Part shown: positions 1-4,828 of the stretch, one piece after another
Position numbering within the stretch: the first letter of the stretch is position 1
Layout of the letters: each line of letters starts with the position of its first letter
From: a virus
Lineage: Duplodnaviria > Heunggongvirae > Uroviricota > Caudoviricetes
DNA length: 4,828 nt
Strand: one strand, 5' to 3'
Virus record (IMG/VR): IMGVR_UViG_2547132270_000008
The notes under the pieces: model-generated
Databases searched by the model: none
The model's input: the letters and a program-made list of their open reading frames with translations, nothing else
What the model was told of the DNA's origin: nothing
Position numbers and translations under genes: made by a program

Positions 1-20
1 CAGCCGTGAATAAATCGTAG

Positions 21-50
21 AATATCGGAAAATATCTGCAAATATCTTCG
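21..50. repeat. Three tandem 10-bp units (AATATCGGAA / AATATCTGCA / AATATCTTCG), so the hexamer AATATC recurs every 10 bp; candidate protein-binding array or intrinsic bend in the leader upstream of alpA
   Basis: Read directly: AATATC at 21-26, 31-36 and 41-46 with exact 10-bp spacing, plus a degenerate AAATCG at 12-17. The repeat is certain; the function is inferred. Confidence 0.45.
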
Positions 51-387
51 CTTTATATATGTCAACCATCAAAAAATTGGAATGTCTTCTTCTGAACTTT
101 TATTCTCTGTTTCTTGATTGTTCCAATACTTGATGGTTTATCTATTTGTTTTTAATGAGATAATTCAAGCGTAATGCCAAATAACGACATTTTTTGTTGC
201 ATCGCTTAAAAACTCGTGACACGATTTTAAACACTAACGAGCTTCTACGAACCTTAGCGAACAAAGCCTTTAGCAAGGTTGTGTTTTTAATTTAAGAGGT
301 GAAAAAAGAATCTAAGTAATATCCGATCTCATATATCTACAGCTAAGAGAAAAGTTTATATACGTAATTTTTTATGTAGGTTTTTGT

Positions 388-597
388 ATGCGTGAAATAA
401 ATGAAGATCGCGTAATCCGTGAGGATGAATGTCGTAAGTTAACTGGAGTGTGTCGCACTACACGCTATGAACTGGAGAAAAAAGGGAATTTCCCGTCACG
501 CCGTAATCTGGGCGGTCGTTCTGTAGGTTGGCTGCTGTCCGAGGTTATGGAATGGGTTAAAAGCCGGGATCGCATTAATTCAGGCAAGGCAGCGTAA
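388..597 (+). CDS. alpA: AlpA-family (Xis-like) small helix-turn-helix prophage regulatory protein, 69 aa
   Basis: Complete ORF, ATG 388 to TAA 595-597. Small basic protein with a central HTH-like segment and the C-terminal motif G-R-SVGW...E..EW that I recognise from AlpA/Vis/Xis-type regulators of P4-like elements. Weak AGG 7 nt upstream of the ATG. Family call is from motif memory, not a search. Confidence 0.85.
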   Translation: MREINEDRVIREDECRKLTGVCRTTRYELEKKGNFPSRRNLGGRSVGWLLSEVMEWVKSRDRINSGKAA

Positions 598-610
598 AGG
601 GGGGCATATG

Positions 611-647
611 ACACATAAAACAAAGGCGACCCGGATCAGAGGTCGCC
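611..647 (-). terminator. Putative intrinsic terminator for the minus-strand operon (hairpin plus U-tract on the minus strand only)
   Basis: Perfect 7-bp GC-rich inverted repeat GGCGACC (625-631) / GGTCGCC (641-647) with a 9-nt loop. On the minus strand the stem is followed immediately by TTTGTTTTATGTGT (complement of 624-611). On the plus strand no T-run follows the stem. Lies 65 bp downstream of the stop of ORF 712-921. Confidence 0.4.
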
Positions 648-711
648 AGTGGGAATACACTAAACATAAGCCCAGCCATCATAGCGATTTGCTGGCTGGT
701 GGGCAATGTGA

Positions 712-921
712 TCAGCCTGGTGGGCGGTTCCTGTTAGCTTTCATTACCCGGGGCTGTTTATTGAGAAACTCATCAAGCGCAAATTTTGTAGGCGCTGGTT
801 CTGTATTTGGTGGCATTTGTTTAGCGTGTGCCTTTTCTTTCTGGCGTGCAACAATGCTCTGTAAAAGCAATCTTCGTTGTTCTGCGAAAATCTCTTCAGT
901 GGATAGGTATTTTTTGCTCAT
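712..921 (-). CDS. Hypothetical 69-aa protein, second gene of the minus-strand operon
   Basis: ATG at 921-919, TGA at 714-712. Charged, helix-prone sequence (MSKKYLSTEEIFAEQRRLLLQSIVARQKEKAHAKQ...), unlike the Cys/Ser/Arg/Trp-rich antisense plus-frame ORF 608-1561. Same strand as the RHH gene, 57 bp downstream of it, and followed by the 611-647 terminator. No family recognised. Confidence 0.5.
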   Translation of the reverse strand: MSKKYLSTEEIFAEQRRLLLQSIVARQKEKAHAKQMPPNTEPAPTKFALDEFLNKQPRVMKANRNRPPG

Positions 922-978
922 AGTGCCGACCTGTAAAGCAATGCGCCGGAGTACCTCACACCACAGCGCTGATAGTGA

Positions 979-1158
979 TTATTCTTGCTCTTTAGCCTTG
1001 CGTCGCTGGCGGCGTTTGATCTCGCCTTCTAATGCGGCTGTTACAAACTGCCCTGTACTTTCGCCGTCTTCTTTGACCTTATCCATGGCATCAACGATAT
1101 GGAGTGGGACACGTGCATCTATTCTTTTCGATTTTGCATTTACTGATTTCGTTGCCAT
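979..1158 (-). CDS. Ribbon-helix-helix (CopG/Arc/MetJ-like) DNA-binding protein, 59 aa; candidate repressor
   Basis: ATG at 1158-1156, TAA at 981-979. The track ORF starts at an upstream GTG (1236) that would lie inside the palindromic operator region, so I prefer the ATG. Sequence MATKSVNAKSKRIDARVPLHIVDAMDKVKEDGESTGQFVTAALEGEIKRRQRRKAKEQE has a short basic N-terminal strand (KRIDARVPL), two helices and a basic tail, the RHH pattern. Weak GGA about 9 nt upstream. Confidence 0.6.
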   Translation of the reverse strand: MATKSVNAKSKRIDARVPLHIVDAMDKVKEDGESTGQFVTAALEGEIKRRQRRKAKEQE

Positions 1159-1179
1159 TTCTGATTTCCGATTGGTTTG

Positions 1180-1261
1180 GTGTCCGACAATGATAGCGAG
1201 AAAAAAGTTTAATGCAATGCTTGACGTGTCCCACACCGATAAAATAACATGTGTCCGACAC
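1180..1261. promoter_or_regulatory. Divergent promoter/operator region: three copies of the 11-bp palindrome GTGTC-C-GACAC overlapping candidate promoters for both strands
   Basis: Palindrome copies at 1180-1190 (GTGTCCGACAa, 10/11), 1226-1236 (GTGTCcCACAC, 10/11) and 1251-1261 (GTGTCCGACAC, perfect). Candidate plus-strand promoter TTGACG (1221-1226), 18-bp spacer, TAACAT (1245-1250). Candidate minus-strand promoter TTGCAT (complement of 1217-1212), 16-bp spacer, TATCAT (complement of 1195-1190). Promoter hexamers are weak matches called by eye. Confidence 0.45.
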
Positions 1262-1357
1262 TTGATTTTTATCAGTCATAAAATGACGAAACCCCGCACT
1301 GTTGGAGCAGTAACGGGGCTTCTAACCACCAACGATAGCGAAAGTATCGAGGTAGCT

Positions 1358-1561
1358 ATGCTAAATCATACCACACACCCGCAAGGGCGGGACTCGCACA
1401 ACCTGAATAAATACATCTGGCGTTTTATCGCCCTGAGCACCGCACAACCGCGCGTGATTCACATCGTGGCCACCAGCGAACAGGAAGCACGCCAGCAATC
1501 CCCGGCTGGCTGCGTGATGGTATTCGCCGCCCGTATTCGTCAGGGGGTGTGCCATGCCTGA
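1358..1561 (+). CDS. Hypothetical 67-aa protein, first ORF of the plus-strand operon
   Basis: ATG 1358 preceded by GAGGT (1349-1353). Stop TGA 1559-1561 overlaps the ATG at 1554 of the next ORF (ATGCCTGA). Codons are dominated by E. coli-preferred CTG/CCG/CGC/GTG/ATC/ACC. This is the 3' end of track ORF 608-1561, whose upstream part I treat as antisense artefact. Alternative in-frame ATG at 1283 has no SD. The opposite-strand ORF 1361-1555 is a competing reading. Confidence 0.4.
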   Translation: MLNHTTHPQGRDSHNLNKYIWRFIALSTAQPRVIHIVATSEQEARQQSPAGCVMVFAARIRQGVCHA

Positions 1562-1874
1562 TATGTCAAATTACCAGTACCTGATTAATCCGCATTTTAA
1601 CTGTGAGCATGATATTGCTAAAAAGGTTTATTCCGCTGCGGATGGGGCTACTGACAATATATCAATGGCTGTTGCGTCAATTGGTAGCCTGATGTGGCAT
1701 GCGTCAGAAAATGAGGAATATGACGAAAAGGCCATGCGCATTGATATGGGTAATATCGGTTTGTTACTGGCAATGCTTGGACATTTTGATATTTCGTTAC
1801 GGTGCACCATTGAAAATGCCACAGATGCATTAAATGCTATAAAGAAAGCGAATACTGATTCAAATCGGGGATAA
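1554..1874 (+). CDS. Hypothetical 106-aa acidic protein
   Basis: ATG 1554 with GGGGG (1543-1547) 6 nt upstream; TAA 1872-1874. Noticeably AT-rich (about 37% GC in the first 60 nt, counted by hand) compared with the flanking GC-rich genes. Overlaps the stop of the upstream ORF, suggesting translational coupling. No family recognised. Confidence 0.55.
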   Translation: MPDMSNYQYLINPHFNCEHDIAKKVYSAADGATDNISMAVASIGSLMWHASENEEYDEKAMRIDMGNIGLLLAMLGHFDISLRCTIENATDALNAIKKANTDSNRG

Positions 1875-1880
1875 ATAATC

Positions 1881-2180
1881 ATGAGAACATATTTATCTGG
1901 CTTGACTGCCAGCGGTTATGCACACCCCAAAATTATCCCCGGCGCTATTTATTGGGATAAGAACGGCAACAGAGTAACAGTAAAATCGATAATGTTTGAC
2001 CGTGTGTATTTTATTCGTGATGGCTATTCATTTCATAGCTCGCTGAACGTGGAGATCTTTATTTGCAGATTCCGGCGGGAAATCCCGCCTTCCAGAAATA
2101 ACCATGTGTCATGTATGGATGTTGATAAAAAACTACAGGAACTGAAAAACATGATTGCCGCGTGGAGAGAGCAGAAATGA
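1881..2180 (+). CDS. Hypothetical 99-aa protein
   Basis: ATG 1881 (GGGG at 1867-1870). Stop TGA 2178-2180 overlaps the ATG 2177-2179 of the large replication gene (ATGA coupling). Contains a beta-rich-looking stretch YWDKNGNRVTVKSIMFDRVYFIRDGYSF. No family recognised. Confidence 0.55.
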   Translation: MRTYLSGLTASGYAHPKIIPGAIYWDKNGNRVTVKSIMFDRVYFIRDGYSFHSSLNVEIFICRFRREIPPSRNNHVSCMDVDKKLQELKNMIAAWREQK

Positions 2181-4300
2181 AAAAAGCGCCAAATTTAAAA
2201 CACCAGCCACGTGACAAAATGACGGAAGTCATCATTTTTGCGGGTAGTGATGCGTGGGCACATGCGAAGCAGTGGCAGGAACAGGACGGGCGACTGGCTG
2301 GCGATAACGTGCCTCCTGTCTGGCTTGGAGAGCAACAACTTGCCGAACTGGACAACCTGCAAATCGTACCGGACGGACGCTATCGCGTGCGTCTCTATCA
2401 GGCGGGGTTATTGCGTCCGGGGCTTGTTAATACCATCGGGCAGAAACTGGCAGCGGCAGGTGTCAGGGATGCTGATTATTACCCTGAAGGAATGCACAGC
2501 CAGAAACGGGAGAACTGGCGCGAATATCTGGAACGTGAACGGGCAGAGCAGGCGGAAAAGAAAAAGGTAGTTGAACTGCCTGTAAAGAAAAAAGAGCCAT
2601 GCTATCAGGATGATGAATTAAAGCCCCGCGTTGAAAGTCGCGTCGATGGTGTTTTCTGGGTAACGCCCAAAGTGGATAAGCAGTCAGGCGAAATTATCCG
2701 GCCTGAGACGTGGTTATGTTCTCCGCTTGAACTACTGGGAACGGGGACGATCGGTAAAGAGCATTACCGCGTGATGCGCTGGAAAAAATTAGCAAACCAT
2801 GAAGTCATCACAATGGCGATCCCGTGTGGTGGCATTGGCGACCGTGACGGCTGGCGGTTGCTTAAAGATCACGGGCTGAACGTGACAACAAACGGCAAAT
2901 ACAGGGCTATCCTGGCTGACTGGATGCAGTTAAGCGGAAGCCATGAGGAATGGCAGCTAAGCACAACAACGGGCTGGCATTTTGGCGCGTATATCATGCC
3001 GGACGGCTCAATCATTGGTGATTCTGAAAAACCGATCCTGTTTACCGGAAAAAGTGCCGCTGTTAATGGCTATTCGGTTGCGGGTACGGCGGAGGGCTGG
3101 CGCGACTGCGTGGCGCGGCTGGCTGGTGGCAATCCGTCCATGATGCTGGGTGTTGCCACGTCACTGGCAGCACCTTTGATTGGCCTTGTTGGTGCTGACG
3201 GCTTCGGGGTACATCTTTTCGAACAGTCATCGGCAGGGAAAACCACCACGCAGAACATCGCATCAAGTTTATGGGGAGAGCCGGACGCACAACGGCTGAC
3301 CTGGTACGGCACAGCGTTAGGTATCGCTAACGAGGCAGAGGCGCACAACGACGGGCTGTTACCCCTGGATGAAATAGGCCAGGCCGGAAACGCGCGGGAG
3401 GTGTCCACGTCAGCCTATACGTTGTTTAACGGTTCCGGGAAATTACAGGGGGCGAAGGACGGCGGCAACCGGGAGATAAAACACTGGCGCACGGTGGCAA
3501 TCAGCACCGGAGAAATGGACGTTGAGACATTCCTCAAAACGGAGGGGATAAAAGTCAAAGCGGGGCAGCTTGTCCGCCTGCTTAACGTTCCGATGGAAAA
3601 AGCCACGCACTTTCACGAATACAGCACCGGAAAGGCGCACGCAGACGCGTTAAAGGATGCCTGGACAGAAAATCACGGGGCAGCGGGTCGTGAGTGGGTT
3701 AAATGGCTGGCAGGCCACCAGCAGGAGGCAAAGGATACGGTAAGGGAATGCCGCGAACGGTGGCGCAACCTGATACCGGAGAGCTACGGCGAGCAGGTCC
3801 ACCGCGTGGGTGAGCGTTTCGCCATACTGGAGGCCGCGCTTGTGCTTTCCGGTCATGTAACTGGCTGGGCCGCGCAGGAATGCCGGGACGCAATACAGCA
3901 TAACTTTAATGCCTGGGTGAAGGAGTTCGGCACGGGTAACAGGGAATTTAAACAGATGGTTGAACAGGCTGAGGCGTTTTTGTCGTCGTTCGGGTTCAGT
4001 CGATACCTTCCTTACCCAAACAGTGATGAACGTGATTTACCGATTAAAGACCTTGCCGGATACAGAAAGGGGAGTATCAGAAATGAAGATGATGAGTTCC
4101 GTTTTTACACGTTTCCTCATGTGTTTGAGGGGGAGATCGCACAGGGATTTAACCCGTCCCACTTTGCCCGCGCGTTGAGTGCTGCCGGAATGCTGGAAGC
4201 GGGTAACGATCGCCGTTACAAGAAAAAGGCTCTCGGCAAAATTGGGGGGAAGCAGCATGTTTTTTACGTGCTGATGTTCCAGCCTGAGGCAGAAGATTAA
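2177..4300 (+). CDS. Replication initiator of the primase/helicase type found in P4-like satellites and PICIs (P-loop NTPase core; often annotated as DUF927 / P4-family primase), ~707 aa
   Basis: Long uninterrupted ORF. I place the start at ATG 2177 (GGAGAG at 2164-2169, 7 nt upstream; ATGA overlap with the preceding ORF) rather than the track GTG at 2162. Stop TAA 4298-4300. Walker A-like SSAGKTT (nt 3227-3247) and Walker B-like LLPLDE (nt 3356-3373) are in frame. Size, position downstream of alpA and adjacency to an iteron origin fit the family. The N-terminal stretch VIIFAGSDAWA resembles a Toprim strand but lacks the usual acidic residue, so primase activity is unproven. Confidence 0.8.
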   Translation: MKKAPNLKHQPRDKMTEVIIFAGSDAWAHAKQWQEQDGRLAGDNVPPVWLGEQQLAELDNLQIVPDGRYRVRLYQAGLLRPGLVNTIGQKLAAAGVRDADYYPEGMHSQKRENWREYLERERAEQAEKKKVVELPVKKKEPCYQDDELKPRVESRVDGVFWVTPKVDKQSGEIIRPETWLCSPLELLGTGTIGKEHYRVMRWKKLANHEVITMAIPCGGIGDRDGWRLLKDHGLNVTTNGKYRAILADWMQLSGSHEEWQLSTTTGWHFGAYIMPDGSIIGDSEKPILFTGKSAAVNGYSVAGTAEGWRDCVARLAGGNPSMMLGVATSLAAPLIGLVGADGFGVHLFEQSSAGKTTTQNIASSLWGEPDAQRLTWYGTALGIANEAEAHNDGLLPLDEIGQAGNAREVSTSAYTLFNGSGKLQGAKDGGNREIKHWRTVAISTGEMDVETFLKTEGIKVKAGQLVRLLNVPMEKATHFHEYSTGKAHADALKDAWTENHGAAGREWVKWLAGHQQEAKDTVRECRERWRNLIPESYGEQVHRVGERFAILEAALVLSGHVTGWAAQECRDAIQHNFNAWVKEFGTGNREFKQMVEQAEAFLSSFGFSRYLPYPNSDERDLPIKDLAGYRKGSIRNEDDEFRFYTFPHVFEGEIAQGFNPSHFARALSAAGMLEAGNDRRYKKKALGKIGGKQHVFYVLMFQPEAED

Positions 4301-4322
4301 CCCCCTGTGTGAGGTGAAAAGT

Positions 4323-4639
4323 TGCGGGTTATGCGGGTTACTCTGTGTATAAGTGCATTAACTGCATGAATAAAAAGGAAATCAATAACCCGCACGTAAC
4401 CCGCAAAACGGCAGTTATAACCCGCAAAAGTGCGATTATAACCCGCAGATGAATAACAGGAAGTGACAGCAAACAGCCACGCGTAACCCGCAGAAAAAAC
4501 CCCGTTTGCGGGTTATTTTGAGCATTTTGCGGGTTACGCCACGGCTAAACAGTAAACAGTTAATTTTGTAATGTATTGATATTAAGGAATAAAAAATACT
4601 TAGCAAGCGAAGATAACCCGCTAACCCGCATAACCCGCA
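4323..4639. repeat. Putative origin of replication: 12 copies of the 9-bp iteron TAACCCGCA (both orientations) flanking an AT-rich spacer
   Basis: Reverse-orientation TGCGGGTTA at 4323-4331, 4332-4340, 4507-4515, 4528-4536. Forward TAACCCGCA at 4386-4394, 4397-4405, 4418-4426, 4439-4447, 4484-4492, 4614-4622 (TAACCCGCt), 4622-4630, 4631-4639. Spacings of 9, 11, 21 and 21 bp recur. AT-rich spacer 4541-4612 contains tandem TAAACAG x2. The array begins 23 bp after the replication gene stop. Confidence 0.65.
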
Positions 4640-4678
4640 CTGTTTTGTATATATATACGAAAAATTGAGATCTGAACT

Positions 4679-4828
4679 ATGAAGGCAAACCGCAAACAAC
4701 CACACTACCGCGCTATTGACCTTACAGAGCACTGGCTGAGAGTGGCGATAAAAATCATCGACCGAAACACGGGGGAAGGATATGCAAAAGCACATCCCGA
4801 ACTGATAAGCGCATTCATGACAACGGCA
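4679..4828 (+). CDS. 5' part of a hypothetical protein gene; 3' end lies beyond the window
   Basis: ATG 4679, open for 50 codons to the window end (MKANRKQPHYRAIDLTEHWLRVAIKIIDRNTGEGYAKAHPELISAFMTTA). Absent from the supplied track because no stop is reached. Weak SD (GAGA 8 nt upstream). Preceded by the TG-TATATATA element at 4646-4655. Several rare codons (AGA, ATA, CGA, GGA). No family recognised. Confidence 0.35.
   Translation, partial: MKANRKQPHYRAIDLTEHWLRVAIKIIDRNTGEGYAKAHPELISAFMTTA

Noticed and set aside
1-20. Possible 3' end of an upstream gene (in-frame stops TGA at 7-9 and TAA at 11-13) at the left edge
   Set aside because: Only a few codons are visible; nothing can be assigned from this.
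294-302. Strong Shine-Dalgarno-like AAGAGGTGA in the leader
   Set aside because: No ATG/GTG/TTG start codon at a workable distance downstream, and the alpA start is 86 nt away, so it is probably not a ribosome-binding site. It could matter only if a tiny leader peptide with an unusual start exists, which I cannot support.
1091-1279. 62-aa minus-strand ORF overlapping the RHH gene start and operator region
   Set aside because: It overlaps the RHH coding frame and the palindromic control region; Cys/His-rich product with no SD; the RHH frame is far more protein-like.
1289-1320. Possible hairpin (CCCCG 1292-1296 / CGGGG 1314-1318) in the leader of the plus-strand operon, considered as a P4-style RNA-based immunity or attenuator element
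   Set aside because: Only a 5-bp stem with a 17-nt loop and no convincing U-tract; it is also inside a possible coding start (ATG 1283). Too weak to call without folding calculations and comparative data.
608-1561. 317-aa plus-strand ORF spanning the region between alpA and the small-ORF operon
   Set aside because: Most of it is antisense to two better-looking minus-strand genes and to the promoter/operator region. The translated sequence is Cys/Ser/Arg/Trp-rich and low-complexity, typical of a non-coding frame. Only its last 67 codons (1358-1561) have an SD, preferred codons and coupling to the next gene.
1361-1882. Minus-strand ORFs 1361-1555, 1628-1882 and 1648-1830 opposite the small plus-strand ORFs
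   Set aside because: They lack usable SD spacing (for 1361-1555 the only AGG sits 1 nt from the ATG), have odd compositions, and conflict with the translationally coupled plus-strand chain. I regard them as antisense artefacts, though 1361-1555 versus 1358-1561 cannot be settled from sequence alone.
2059-2355. 98-aa minus-strand ORF overlapping the junction of ORF 1881-2180 and the replicase start
   Set aside because: Antisense to two coupled plus-strand genes; Ser/Cys/Ala-rich low-complexity product; no SD.
2238-4258. Multiple 60-110-aa ORFs in alternative frames and on the opposite strand inside the replicase gene (2238-2570 +, 3063-3408 -, 3415-3640 -, 3650-3901 -, 3960-4178 +, 4037-4258 -)
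   Set aside because: All are fully embedded in the long, well-supported 2177-4300 reading frame and have Arg/Pro/Ser/Cys-rich compositions typical of out-of-frame translation of GC-rich coding DNA.
4323-4639. CRISPR array as an explanation for the repeated 9-mers
   Set aside because: Repeats are only 9 bp, occur in both orientations with irregular spacers of 0-45 bp, and there is no leader or cas context. This fits iterons, not CRISPR repeats.
4436-4795. 119-aa minus-strand ORF across the origin
   Set aside because: It runs through the iteron array and AT-rich spacer; the product is Cys/Phe/Leu-rich junk with no SD. The open frame is a by-product of the repeats.

Overview
This 4.8-kb window reads as the regulatory and replication core of an enterobacterial phage-satellite-type integrative element (P4-like / PICI-like layout). 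All calls are from reading the sequence and ORF track by eye; no database search or structure prediction was run. From left to right: an AT-rich leader with three phased 10-bp repeats (21-50); an AlpA-family HTH regulator gene (388-597, +); a convergent two-gene minus-strand operon encoding a ribbon-helix-helix protein (979-1158) and a 69-aa protein (712-921), closed by a hairpin terminator (611-647); a divergent control region with three copies of the 11-bp palindrome GTGTC-C-GACAC (1180-1261); a plus-strand operon of three small, translationally coupled ORFs of unknown function (1358-2180); a ~707-aa replication protein with a P-loop NTPase core (2177-4300); and immediately downstream an iteron-type origin with 12 copies of TAACCCGCA in both orientations around an AT-rich spacer (4323-4639). 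A partial ORF starts at 4679 and runs off the window. No tRNA, rRNA, CRISPR array or transposase is visible. If anything here is undescribed, the most likely places are the RHH/palindrome switch and the small-ORF cassette; I could not assign either to a known family.
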